Source of the DNA: an uncultured Verrucomicrobiae bacterium
GTDB taxonomy: Bacteria > Verrucomicrobiota > Verrucomicrobiia > Limisphaerales > UBA11358
NCBI GenBank assembly: GCA_963789335.1
Contig: CAWBKH010000005.1
Span: 273,948 to 337,947, forward strand
Reading direction: 5' to 3'
DNA: 64,000 nt
The position numbers were made by a program, and so were the translations under genes. The notes beneath the pieces were generated by a model that had not been told where the DNA came from, ran no database searches, and was given only the letters and a program-made list of their open reading frames with translations. This document shows, piece after piece, positions 55,175-64,000 of this stretch (positions within the stretch are counted from its first letter, which is position 1; every line of letters begins with the position of its first letter).

Positions 55175-55903
55175 TTACTCCGCTCCGGCCAGCGCCATGT
55201 CGCGGGTGTAATACAAAATCCGTCCGCAGTTGATGCAGGCCACGATTTCCCTCTGTCCCTGGCAGGTGACAAGAACCTGCGGAGGCAATCTCATGTGGCA
55301 GCCGCCGCAAACGCCGTGTTGCACGCCGACGACAACGTTGTCGCCCTTGCTTTTGAGCAGCCGTTCGTAGCGCGCACGCGCCACTTCCTCCACCCCTGCC
55401 GCCAGTTCCGCGCGCCCGCTTTGTAATTCGGCGAGTTCCTTCTTTAAATTATCCTCGCGCTGATCCAGTTGTGCGACTTGATTTTCTGCCAGCTTCTTCG
55501 TCTCGCCGGCTTCCAGGGTCGCGCGGGCAACTTCCTTTTGTGCCGCCTCGCCCTGTTCCATCAAAGCGATTTCCTGATCCTCAATTTTGACGATGGCTTC
55601 CTTGCAAAGCTCGATTTCGTGGGCGAGCGCGCGATACTCCTCGTTCTTGCGCGTTTGCAGTTGCTGGTTGGCGTATTTCTCGATCTGCGATTTCTTCTCC
55701 TCAACGTCAAGTTCGAGCCGCTTGCGTTCGGTCTCGATTTGTTTGACATGAAGTTTGGCGGCGTCCATTTGCGTTTGCGCCGTGGCGGCCTTGGCGCGGA
55801 GAGTTTCGCGTTCCGGCCCGATGTGGCCCAGCTCCTCCTCGACGCGGCGGATTTTCCGGTCGCGATCCTGCAGAATCAGAAGTTTCTCAATCGCATCGAG
55901 CAT
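55175..55903 (-). CDS. Coiled-coil C4 zinc-ribbon protein (COG1579-like)
   Basis: Long coiled coil, then CGGCHMRLPPQ...CINCGRILY. Confidence 0.75.
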   Translation of the reverse strand: MLDAIEKLLILQDRDRKIRRVEEELGHIGPERETLRAKAATAQTQMDAAKLHVKQIETERKRLELDVEEKKSQIEKYANQQLQTRKNEEYRALAHEIELCKEAIVKIEDQEIALMEQGEAAQKEVARATLEAGETKKLAENQVAQLDQREDNLKKELAELQSGRAELAAGVEEVARARYERLLKSKGDNVVVGVQHGVCGGCHMRLPPQVLVTCQGQREIVACINCGRILYYTRDMALAGAE

Positions 55904-55965
55904 TGAACTGTAAAGACTAACAACCGCAGGCGTTCAAGTCAATGCGGGCAAAAGGCGATGGTGGG

Positions 55966-56640
55966 CTACTTTGGACGGCAGAAACCGAAGAACAAACCGC
56001 CCAAAGCAAACAAACCCAAAACGCTTGGTTCGGGAACTGACGAAGGAGAAAATTGGATGTCATCTATGTTCCAAAAATCATTGCCTCCGTCCTTTGGTGC
56101 AGAAAACGTCACTTGTTCACTTTGGCCAGCGAAAGCTGAAGGAATATTGCCACCATACAAAGTATAATTTGCTCCAGTAGAGAGCGCAAAGAACGGTATG
56201 TTTTGCCCACCCAAAGAGACTAAAAGTGGCCCCCCTAACGCCCCGCCTTCATTTTGCGCCTTAAACAGTATGGATTGTGTGGAAACAGGTACTATGCCAG
56301 TTTGGCTGATGGAAGCGGCGGCGGCGGTGCCCCCTCCATATAGATAAAGACTAAATGCTCCATCCAGAGCGGGGGGATTTCCATTTATGTCAAGAATGGA
56401 TACGCTGGTAGAACCGAGAGAGGCGGAATTGTATAAAACATCGGTCGGTCCAATAAAGCCGGTGGCCGTCCATCCGGGGATGGCATCACTGGCATAAACA
56501 GCGTATGGATAGTAGGGACTTGAAGGATCTGGAACGATAGTGGCATCCTCGAAATCGAGATTTACAAAACTCTGCCCCGATGCACTTCGCAAGAAAGCGA
56601 ACGAAACTACAAATATCCAAACAATCGAACGAATTTTCAT
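55966..56640 (-). CDS. PEP-CTERM protein (intact)
   Basis: Signal peptide MKIRSIVWIFVVSFAFLRSASG. C-terminal VPEPSVLGLFALGGLFFGFCRPK. Confidence 0.8.
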   Translation of the reverse strand: MKIRSIVWIFVVSFAFLRSASGQSFVNLDFEDATIVPDPSSPYYPYAVYASDAIPGWTATGFIGPTDVLYNSASLGSTSVSILDINGNPPALDGAFSLYLYGGGTAAAASISQTGIVPVSTQSILFKAQNEGGALGGPLLVSLGGQNIPFFALSTGANYTLYGGNIPSAFAGQSEQVTFSAPKDGGNDFWNIDDIQFSPSSVPEPSVLGLFALGGLFFGFCRPK

Positions 56641-56857
56641 GGGGCATGCAGTACTGACCCGTACCCATATCCTCAGGTATAACCGAATCAAAATCAAGCC
56701 TTGAGTTGCACAATTTCTCCTAGACTCAAAATGTGGCCAATGAAACCCGCGCTGATCGCCTTGGACTTTAGACGTTGGATTCATCAATTTCTGAGCGTGG
56801 AATTTTCGTGTGGCAAATTCATTTTGCAGTTTCCGGTTTCGCGGCTAACCTGTTGCC

Positions 56858-57910
56858 ATGCGTTTCATAGGTAACGTCATCGAGAAGTTGCAGCGGCATC
56901 CCAAGCGGGTGGTTTTTCCCGAGGGCGAGGAGCCGCGCGTCCTGCAGGCGGCCCGGCAGTTTTACGCCCTGCGGCTGGGCGCCCCCATTGTGCTCGGTGA
57001 CACGGAAAAGGTGAAAGCCATCGCGGCCGGATTAAACATTCCTCTCGAAGGCATCCGGGTGATCAATCCGCCGGTGAGCGAAGACCTGGAAAACTTTGCC
57101 AACCGCTTTTTCCGGTTGCGCCGGGAAAAGGGCGTGAAAGCGCCGGAAGCGCGCGAGGCCATGCTGCAACCGAATTATTTCGGCACGATGATGCTGGCAA
57201 TGCATCAGGCCGACGGCCTGATTTCCGGCGCCTCACACATCACCAGCAGCCTGCTGCGGCCGCTGTTTCAAATCATCAAGCCCGCGCCGAGCATGACCAC
57301 GGTGTCGTCCTGCATGGTGATGGAAGTCGAGGACACGCGCGTCGGCGAGGAAGGGGTGTTGTTCATGGCCGATTGCGGCGTCATTCCCGATCCGACTGTG
57401 GACCAACTGGCTGACATCGCCGTTTCCACCGCGCAGCTCGCCCGCCACATGCTCGGCGTGCGTCCGCGTGTGGCGTTGCTTTCCTTCTCCACCAAGGGCA
57501 GCGCGGCGCATCCGTCCGTCGGCAAGGTTCAGGCGGCCACCGCCATGGCCCGGCGCAAGGCCGAGCAATTGTTTTTGGAGGCCGACTTCGACGGCGAACT
57601 GCAGGTGGACGCCGCGCTCGTGCCGGAAATCGCCGAACGCAAACTGCACGAGAGCAAAGTGGCCGGGCGGGCGAACGTGCTGATTTTCCCCGACCTCAAT
57701 TCGGGCAACATTGCCAGCAAACTCGTCCGGCTGGTCGGCCACGCCAACGCCTACGGCCAGATTTTGCTGGGTTTGAACCGGCCCGCCGCTGACGTTTCAC
57801 GCGGTTCGAGCGCGCACGACATTCTTGGCGTCGCCGCGATTGTTGGCGTCCAGGCGATAGATTACCAAAAACTTTATCCGGGCGCGGATGCAAAATTGCC
57901 GGGTGAGTGA
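56858..57910 (+). CDS. pta: Phosphate acetyltransferase catalytic (PTA_PTB) domain protein
   Basis: VVFPEGEEPRVLQAA, ADGLISGASHITSS, IFPDLNSGNIASKL. Confidence 0.85.
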   Translation: MRFIGNVIEKLQRHPKRVVFPEGEEPRVLQAARQFYALRLGAPIVLGDTEKVKAIAAGLNIPLEGIRVINPPVSEDLENFANRFFRLRREKGVKAPEAREAMLQPNYFGTMMLAMHQADGLISGASHITSSLLRPLFQIIKPAPSMTTVSSCMVMEVEDTRVGEEGVLFMADCGVIPDPTVDQLADIAVSTAQLARHMLGVRPRVALLSFSTKGSAAHPSVGKVQAATAMARRKAEQLFLEADFDGELQVDAALVPEIAERKLHESKVAGRANVLIFPDLNSGNIASKLVRLVGHANAYGQILLGLNRPAADVSRGSSAHDILGVAAIVGVQAIDYQKLYPGADAKLPGE

Positions 57911-57912
57911 TT

Positions 57913-57988
57913 CGTTGAAGGGTTGAAGCGAAACGGGTCGAACGCTTCAACGCTTCAACGCTTTAACGAATGAACACTTCAACGCCCA
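57913..57988. repeat. Inverted GTTGAAG units, then an 8-nt array (AACGCTTC x6, degenerate) running across the next start codon
   Basis: gttgaagg gttgaagc ... aacgcttc aacgcttc aacgcttt aacgaATG aacacttc aacgccca. A 9-bp hairpin gttgaagcg/cgcttcaac is possible. Confidence 0.8.
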
Positions 57989-59069
57989 GAGTTTTCATCG
58001 CCGCCACGCGCCAGAACGACGGCAAAACCACCGTGTCGCTCGGCCTGATCGCCGCGTTGCAGGATCACTTTCCGCGCATCGGCTACATCAAGCCCGTCGG
58101 CCAGCGCTTCGTCGAAATCGAGGAGCAGAAGATTGACGAGGACACCGTGCTCATGGACGCGGTGTATCAGATGAACTGCCCGCTGGTGGACATGAGCCCG
58201 ATTGCCGTCGAGCCGGATTTCACGCGCAAATATCTTCAAGCAGCAAACAACGAGGCGCTGGTCAAAAAAATCCAGAAGGCCTTCGACCGCGTCGCCTGGG
58301 AAAAGGATTTTGTGTTGTGCGAAGGTTCAGCGGGCACGCCGGCGTCGGCTCGGTGTTTGATTTGTCCAACGCGCGCGTGGCAAAACTGCTCGGCGCAAAA
58401 GTCATCATCGTCACGCCAGGGCGGCATTGGCAAACCAATTGACGAAATCGCGCTGAACCAGGCGCTGTTTGAAAAGGAAGGCGTCGAAATCATCGGCGTC
58501 ATCCTCAACAAGGTGCTGGGTGAAAAGGTGGATTACGTCACGGATTTTGCCCGGCGCGGCCTCAAGCGCAAAGGGATTGGATTTGCTCGGCGTGTTGCCG
58601 TACGAACAAATTCTTTGCGATCCAACCGTGGATTCGATTCAGCGAGGAATTGCGCGCCGAATTGCTCAATCAACCGCCCACGCTGAACACGCCGGTGGAC
58701 GATGTGATCGTGGGCGCGATGGGCGCGCATAACGCCATGCAATTTTTCCGGCGCGGCGTGTTGCTCATCACGCCCGGCGACCGCGAGGACATCCTGCTGG
58801 CCGCTGGTGCGACCATAAACCCGCAAAGCGATGACAGAATGGCGGGCATTGTCTTGACCGGTGGTCTTCGGCCATCCGAGAACGTGGTGAAGGCTCTTCA
58901 ATCCATGCCCGTTCCCGTGCTTCTGGCCAAGGCCGACAGTTACAAAGTCGCATCCAAAGTACACAATCTTACTGTTAAAACGCGACCGACCGACGCGGGG
59001 AAAATCTCGCTCATTCGCAACATCGTCGCTCAAAACGTGAACGTGCGGAAAATCATCAGCGCGCTGTGA
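57970..59069 (+). pseudogene. Pta N-terminal-type module (BioD-like AAA_26 + DRTGG) as a separate gene, with at least 4 indels
   Basis: Homology runs in frame 1 (RVFIAATRQNDGKTTVSLGL), frame 0 (GHAGVGSVFDLSNARVAKLLGAKVIIVTPG), frame 1 (GIGKPIDEIALNQ...), frame 2 (LDLLGVLPYEQILCDPTVDSIQ), then frame 0 (EELRAELLNQ...LITPGDREDILLAA...). Confidence 0.7.
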
Positions 59070-59088
59070 AATTTTTAGTTTTGATTTT
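59069..59088. repeat. AT-rich inverted repeat, left arm flanking the four-helix-bundle gene
   Basis: aaatttttagttttgatttt against the reverse complement of 59481-59499 (aaatttttaattttggatt). Confidence 0.6.
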
Positions 59089-59115
59089 TTGATTTTTAAT
59101 TGCAGCATCCCCAGC

Positions 59116-59493
59116 ATGAAATCCAATCTTGTCAGAGACAAAAGTTATGCTTTTGCCTTGCGAACCATTGGATTGGCAAAGTGGTTGAAACGACAAAAGG
59201 AATTTGAAATCGCCGGGCAAATTTTGCGGTCAGGAACGGCCATCGGTTCAAATGTTGAGGAAGCTCTGGCTGGCATTAGTCGCGCGGATTTTATTGCCAA
59301 AATGTCCATTGCCTCCAAAGAAGCGCGAGAAACCCACTACTGGCTTCGTCTGCTGCGTGATTCTAAAATTGTGGACGGCTCAAGAATTTCGCCTTTGGAA
59401 AATGAAAACTTGGAGTTGATTAGAGTTTTGACGGCAATCGTTAAAACGTCGCAAACGACAGCGGTTAATTCAAAATTAAGAATCCAAAATTAA
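59116..59493 (+). CDS. Four-helix-bundle protein (23S rRNA intervening-sequence protein / Avd-like family)
   Basis: SYAFALRTI...SGTAIGSNVEEA...FIAKMSIASKEARETHYWLRLL is the characteristic pattern. Low GC. Confidence 0.8.
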   Translation: MKSNLVRDKSYAFALRTIGLAKWLKRQKEFEIAGQILRSGTAIGSNVEEALAGISRADFIAKMSIASKEARETHYWLRLLRDSKIVDGSRISPLENENLELIRVLTAIVKTSQTTAVNSKLRIQN

Positions 59494-59499
59494 AAATTT
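59481..59499. repeat. AT-rich inverted repeat, right arm
   Basis: aatccaaaattaaaaattt, immediately before the hisC GTG. Confidence 0.6.
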
Positions 59500-60594
59500 G
59501 TGCTGCCACTTTCTCCATTTCTTAAAACACTTCCGACGTACCAGCCGGGGCGGCCGATTGAGGAGGTGGCGCGTGAACTCGGGTTGCCCGCCGCGGACAT
59601 CATCAAGCTCGCGTCGAACGAAAACCCGTTCGGTCCGTCGCCGCTGGCCGTTGCCGCGATGCAAAATGCCGTCGCGGGTGTGAATCTTTATCCCGATGGC
59701 AACGCGTTTTATCTCAAACAAAAACTTGCTGCCAAGCTTGGCGTTGAGCCAGCGAATTTGGTTCTCGGCAACGGCTCGAATGAAATCATCGAATTTGTCG
59801 GGCACGCACTGCTGACGCCTGGCGCTGAGGTGGTCGTTTCGCAATACTGCTTTGCCGTTTATCCCATTGTTACCAAATTATTCGGTGCGAATCTGATCAT
59901 CGTTCTGGCAAAGAATTACGGCCACGACTTGTCCGCGATGCTCCGCGCCATCACGCCGCGCACGCGCATCGTTTTCGTGGCAAACCCGAACAATCCCACC
60001 GGCACACTGGCGCCGCGCGAGGAAGTCATCCGGTTCGTCAACGAGGTTCCCGACGACGTGCTGCTGGTGATGGACGAGGCTTACATTGAATTCATGCAGG
60101 ACCCGCTGGATTTGGTTTCGCTCGTCCGTCTGGGCACGAGACCGAACCTGTTTTTGATGCGGACGTTCTCGAAGATTTACGGGCTGGCTGGACTGCGCAT
60201 CGGCTATGGCATCGGGAATCCTGAATTCATTGCCGCACTGGAAAAAATCCGGCAGCCGTTCAACCTCAACCTGCTCGCCCAAACCGCTGCGCTGGCCGCA
60301 CTGGACGACACGGAGCATGTCCGCAAAACCCGCGCGAACAATTTTGCCGGATTGGATTTTTTTGCAAAAGCCTTCCGCGAACTGGAGCACGAATTCATTC
60401 CGTCCCACGCTAATTTCATTCTGGTCCGCGTCGGCAACGGCCAGCGCGTGTTTGAGGTACTGCAAAAACAGGGCGTGATTGTGCGCCCGATGGGCGGCTA
60501 TCAATTGCCGGAGTGGATCCGGATTTCCATCGGCACGCCACCGGAAAACGAGCGCTGCCTCGCGGCGTTGAAATCCGTTTTGGGCCAGAAATAA
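59500..60594 (+). CDS. hisC: Histidinol-phosphate aminotransferase
   Basis: LASNENPFGPSP, NPNNPTG, RTFSKIYGLAGLRIGY. Confidence 0.9.
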   Translation: MLPLSPFLKTLPTYQPGRPIEEVARELGLPAADIIKLASNENPFGPSPLAVAAMQNAVAGVNLYPDGNAFYLKQKLAAKLGVEPANLVLGNGSNEIIEFVGHALLTPGAEVVVSQYCFAVYPIVTKLFGANLIIVLAKNYGHDLSAMLRAITPRTRIVFVANPNNPTGTLAPREEVIRFVNEVPDDVLLVMDEAYIEFMQDPLDLVSLVRLGTRPNLFLMRTFSKIYGLAGLRIGYGIGNPEFIAALEKIRQPFNLNLLAQTAALAALDDTEHVRKTRANNFAGLDFFAKAFRELEHEFIPSHANFILVRVGNGQRVFEVLQKQGVIVRPMGGYQLPEWIRISIGTPPENERCLAALKSVLGQK

Positions 60595-60656
60595 TTATTT
60601 GATTCCGGCCGAAAACCGAATACTTGTTTGCGTTGTGATTGAATGATTAGCCAAAC

Positions 60657-61937
60657 GTGAAACCGACCGACCTGCGGGGCATCCTGCAATATATTCCGCA
60701 ATTCCGTGACAAGACGTTCATTCTTGCGATTGATGGCGCGATTGTCACCGACGAGAACTTTGCCACGCTGTTGCTGGACGTGGCGGTGTTGCGGTCGTTG
60801 AACATCCGCGTCGTGCTTGTGCATGGCGCGTCGGCGCAAATCAAGGCGCTCGCCGAGGAGCAAAACGTCCAGCCGTCCAATCTCGACGGCTCCGGCATTA
60901 CGGACGCCGCCACGCTCAAGCTCGCGCTTACCGCCGCCAACCGGCTCACGCACGAAATTCTTGAAGGCCTTTCCGCCAACGACCTCCGCGCCGCCAGCAC
61001 AAACGTCATCATCGCGCATCCGATGGGCATCCTCCAGGGCGTGGATCATCTGTTCACCGGCAAGGTCGAGCGAGTGGATGCGGCACTGTTGCAAACGTTG
61101 CTGGCGCAGGACGTTATTCCTGTCATTCCACCACTTGGTTTCGATGGCGACGGCAAGACGTATCGGGTGAATTCGGACGGCGTGGCGGTTGCCGTGGCCG
61201 AGGCGCTCAAGGCCATCAAGTTGATTTTCATCACTTCGCAGGACGGTTTGCGCTACAACAGCCAGCTCATCCGCCAGATGCTCGTGTCGGAGTTGCAAAA
61301 CCTGTTGCAACAAAACAGCTTGGGGTTCGTGCCGGAAATCCTGTCCAAGGCGCAGCACGCGGCCATCGCCTGCCGCGCCGGAGTGCCGCGCGTTCACATC
61401 ATCAACGGCCGCGTGGATGAGGGGCTGCTCGCCGAGGTGTTTTCCAACGACGGCATCGGCACGCTCATTTATGCGAACGAATACCAGCAAATCCGGCCCG
61501 CCAGAAAGAAGGACGTGCGGGCGATTCAACTGCTGACCAAGAAGGCGGTGGAGACGGATGAATTGGTCAAGCGCAGCCGGGCGGCCATTGAAAAAAATCT
61601 CGGCGACTATTTCATTTTTGAAATTGATAAAAATCCGGTTGCGTGCGTGGCGCTGCACGTTTATCCCGAACAGAAAAAAGGCGAACTGGCGTGCCTCTAC
61701 GTGGACTCGTCGCACGAAAACCAGGGCATCGGGCGGAAGCTGATCCAGTTTATCGAAAACAAGGCGCGCGAAATGGGGTTGAACGAACTCATCACGCTCT
61801 CGACGCAGGCGTTTACCTATTTCCAATCCAAGGGCGGCTTTGCCGAAGGAACGCCCGACGATTTGCCGCCCGCGCGCCGCGAAAAATACGAGCAAAGCGG
61901 AAGAAATTCAAAGGTGCTGGTGAAGAAATTAAAATGA
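60657..61937 (+). CDS. argA: Amino-acid N-acetyltransferase (N-acetylglutamate synthase-like: AAK + GNAT)
   Basis: FILAIDGA...VVLVHGA kinase-fold N-terminus. GNAT QGIGRKLI C-terminus. GTG start. Confidence 0.75.
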   Translation: MKPTDLRGILQYIPQFRDKTFILAIDGAIVTDENFATLLLDVAVLRSLNIRVVLVHGASAQIKALAEEQNVQPSNLDGSGITDAATLKLALTAANRLTHEILEGLSANDLRAASTNVIIAHPMGILQGVDHLFTGKVERVDAALLQTLLAQDVIPVIPPLGFDGDGKTYRVNSDGVAVAVAEALKAIKLIFITSQDGLRYNSQLIRQMLVSELQNLLQQNSLGFVPEILSKAQHAAIACRAGVPRVHIINGRVDEGLLAEVFSNDGIGTLIYANEYQQIRPARKKDVRAIQLLTKKAVETDELVKRSRAAIEKNLGDYFIFEIDKNPVACVALHVYPEQKKGELACLYVDSSHENQGIGRKLIQFIENKAREMGLNELITLSTQAFTYFQSKGGFAEGTPDDLPPARREKYEQSGRNSKVLVKKLK

Positions 61938-61964
61938 CACGGGCACCTTGCCCGCAATTATCCG

Positions 61965-62501
61965 ATGTTGCACCCGCTGAAAACATTTTTGCTCGCTTGC
62001 GAAAGGCAAGGCGTGATGCCGACGCGATTTGCGCTTGTCGTCAACCTTGCGAACCAGACGCTTTCACTTTTTGAAAAATTCTCCCGGTCCTGGCATTTTG
62101 GCAGCCAAGTGTCCTGCTCCACTTCGCGTTTTGGCATTGGACAGAGGCAAGGCTCAAATTGCACGCCGCTGGGATTGCACCGCATCGTGGAAAAAATTGG
62201 CGGCGGCTGGCCGGCCGGAACGGTCTTCAAGGGCCGCAAGCCGATTGGCTATAGCTGGCAGGGAATGCCGGATGCAAAAATCACCACGCGCATTTTGTGG
62301 CTGGAAGGACTCGAACCCGGATTCAATCGCGGCGGGAATGTGGATTCACACACGCGCTACATTTACATTCACGGCACGGCCGACCAATTATCCATTGGCA
62401 AACCCACGTCCTGCGGCTGCATTCATCTCGCCGATGCGGATTTGATTCCACTTTTTGATTTGTTGCCCGGTGGCACGTTGGTGTGGATTGCCGCCTCGTG
62501 A
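61965..62501 (+). CDS. L,D-transpeptidase (YkuD) domain protein
   Basis: IYIHGTADQLSIGKPTSCGCIHL catalytic His/Cys motif. Confidence 0.8.
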   Translation: MLHPLKTFLLACERQGVMPTRFALVVNLANQTLSLFEKFSRSWHFGSQVSCSTSRFGIGQRQGSNCTPLGLHRIVEKIGGGWPAGTVFKGRKPIGYSWQGMPDAKITTRILWLEGLEPGFNRGGNVDSHTRYIYIHGTADQLSIGKPTSCGCIHLADADLIPLFDLLPGGTLVWIAAS

Positions 62502-62573
62502 ATCATTGAATTGTTTTAAGTGGTTTAATCGTTTCTTGCTTGCGACGGCGCAAATTGGGGTTACGCTTCGTAT

Positions 62574-62954
62574 GTGTTGAAATGGGTTGGCAACCTTTTC
62601 CTGATCGTCGCGGTGGTCGCGGCAACGGACGCGCAATGGATTGTACTGCAATCGGTCGCGTGGGCGGGCATGATTGTCAGCTATTCGGAAAAGGCACCGC
62701 TCAAAATCGGGCTGACCAAAACGTTCGACGGCAAACATCCGTGTTGTTTGTGCAAAGCCATCGCCGCCGCCAAGAAGTCGGAAAAGAAAAATGAATTCAC
62801 GCTCGCATTGAAGAAACTGGAGTTTCCGCCCGCGCCGGAAAATCTTGTGCTCGTTGCGCCATCCCATTTTGAGCTTTTGCCGATGGCAAATGCTTTCGCT
62901 GAATCCATCAGCCAACGACCGTTGATACCTCCTCCCCGCGACTGCTTCGTTTGA
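62574..62954 (+). CDS. Small membrane/secreted protein with HPCCLC motif (hypothetical)
   Basis: N-terminal hydrophobic helix, then GKHPCCLCKAIAAAKK. Lies directly upstream of the barrel protein. Confidence 0.5.
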   Translation: MLKWVGNLFLIVAVVAATDAQWIVLQSVAWAGMIVSYSEKAPLKIGLTKTFDGKHPCCLCKAIAAAKKSEKKNEFTLALKKLEFPPAPENLVLVAPSHFELLPMANAFAESISQRPLIPPPRDCFV

Positions 62955-62968
62955 TTCTGTTGATTGGC

Positions 62969-63068
62969 AGAGACACCGCGCCGCGGTGTCCGGTCGGCGT
63001 AGCGCGCCGACCCCGCCTGATTTTCCGACAATAATTTTAACCTTGGGATCCGCCGTGTGGCGGTGTCT
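62969..63068. repeat. REP-like hairpin cluster
   Basis: gacaccgcg/cgcggtgtc; ggtcggcg-tagcg-cgccgacc; ccgcc-gtgt-ggcgg. Outer arms are gagacaccgc ... gcggtgtctc. Confidence 0.7.
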
Positions 63069-63089
63069 CGCAACTTTTGAAATTTGAAA

Positions 63090-64000
63090 ATGAAGAAGAA
63101 TAAAAAGAATTCGCAGATGATAAAAATTAGCAGTGGTTTGCTGGCAGGTGTTCTGGCGCCGGGTGTCGTCCATGCTTGCGCGTGCGGCTGCGGTGTTTTC
63201 GATGTCGGCGGCACTTCGATGCTTCCGACCGGCCCGGGCGGAATGGCTTTTCTCCAATACGATTATATGGACCAAAATCGGAACTGGAGCGGCTATTCGC
63301 AGGCGTCGGCGGCGAACAATGGCGACAAGGAGATTGTCACGCATTTCCTCACCGGCGGTCTCCAATATATGTTTAACAACAGTTGGGGTGTCAGGACGGA
63401 GATACCTTATGATTATCGTTCCTTCAAGACAACCAGTTCCGCTCCTGGCAATCCCATAACCACGATCAATTGGTGGGCGCTCGGCGACATCCGGCTGGAA
63501 GGTGTTTATTCCGGTTTTTTCCCGGATATGTCCGCCGGTGTCATCTTCGGTTTGAAGCTGCCGACCGGCGATTGGACCCACCAAAATGCCTTTGGCGACG
63601 TGGATCGCGACAGCCAAATTGGGACCGGCAGCACGGACCTTTTGCTCGGCGGATATTATCGCGGCAATATCACGGAAGATGGAAAATGGGGCTGGTTTGG
63701 GCAGTTGATGCTGGATGTGCCGACGTTGACGCAAGCCGGCTATCGTCCGGGCGTCGAACTAGATTCCGACGCCGGCATTGCTTATCAGGGATTCTCGCTC
63801 GGCAACGTGCAGATTTCGCCGCTGGCGCAGGCGATTTTTTCCGAACGGACCAGCGACAGCGGGTCAAACGCATCAAATCCGGTGAGTTCCGGCTATCAGC
63901 GGCTCATGCTTTCGCCGGGATTCGAAATCCACATTCATCCGGTGATCATTTATGCGGACGCGGAATTTCCCGTGCTTCAACATTTCACCGGCAACCAACT
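63090..64000 (+). CDS. Outer-membrane beta-barrel protein (MetA-pathway/transporter-like), 3' partial
   Basis: I translated this manually with no stop to the window end. Signal peptide, then HACACGCGVFDVG. Alternating beta-strand pattern and aromatic-rich strands. The 448-aa minus-strand track ORF here is an antisense shadow. Confidence 0.65.
   Translation, partial: MKKNKKNSQMIKISSGLLAGVLAPGVVHACACGCGVFDVGGTSMLPTGPGGMAFLQYDYMDQNRNWSGYSQASAANNGDKEIVTHFLTGGLQYMFNNSWGVRTEIPYDYRSFKTTSSAPGNPITTINWWALGDIRLEGVYSGFFPDMSAGVIFGLKLPTGDWTHQNAFGDVDRDSQIGTGSTDLLLGGYYRGNITEDGKWGWFGQLMLDVPTLTQAGYRPGVELDSDAGIAYQGFSLGNVQISPLAQAIFSERTSDSGSNASNPVSSGYQRLMLSPGFEIHIHPVIIYADAEFPVLQHFTGNQ

Noticed and set aside
62309-62322. 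ggactcgaacccgg, resembling the reverse complement of a tRNA T-arm and 3' end.
   Set aside because: It lies inside the L,D-transpeptidase CDS (WLEGLEPGFN), and there is no acceptor or anticodon stem complementarity around it. I found no convincing tRNA or rRNA anywhere in the window.

Overview
High-GC bacterial chromosomal window, probably a PVC-group organism and most likely Verrucomicrobiota. The taxon call rests on PEP-CTERM proteins, a prepilin-type H-X9-DG protein, many TPR proteins and REP-like hairpins. The backbone is housekeeping: typA, tag, lptF/G-like, manC, trpA, aroC, queE, rsmA, clpP-clpX, pta, hisC, argA-like, plus sensor and phosphatase genes. The main accessory block (about 20.8-36.5 kb, visibly lower GC) is a beta-glucan utilisation-type locus without SusC/D. 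It holds a beta-helix hydrolase-like protein, a 1,036-aa non-catalytic binding protein, an H-X9-DG pseudopilin-like protein, two GH16, one GH30 and a 1,400-aa GH3 with multiple binding modules. Six secreted proteins share a roughly 66-74 aa C-terminal domain ending in [FY][YF]R, which I flag as a candidate uncharacterised sorting or anchoring tag. Downstream lie tandem TMTC/PMT_2-like membrane-TPR genes. Other notable signals: several otherwise conserved reading frames broken by in-frame stops or frameshifts (real decay or assembly error; I cannot tell which); 7-8 nt tandem arrays at gene starts and in-frame inside two CDS; a REP module inserted in-frame in rsmA; two low-GC single-gene cassettes bracketed by inverted repeats (an Mrr-like endonuclease and a four-helix-bundle protein); IS1595 remnants; and a candidate preQ1 riboswitch before queE. 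All calls come from reading the translations and sequence by eye. No searches were run.
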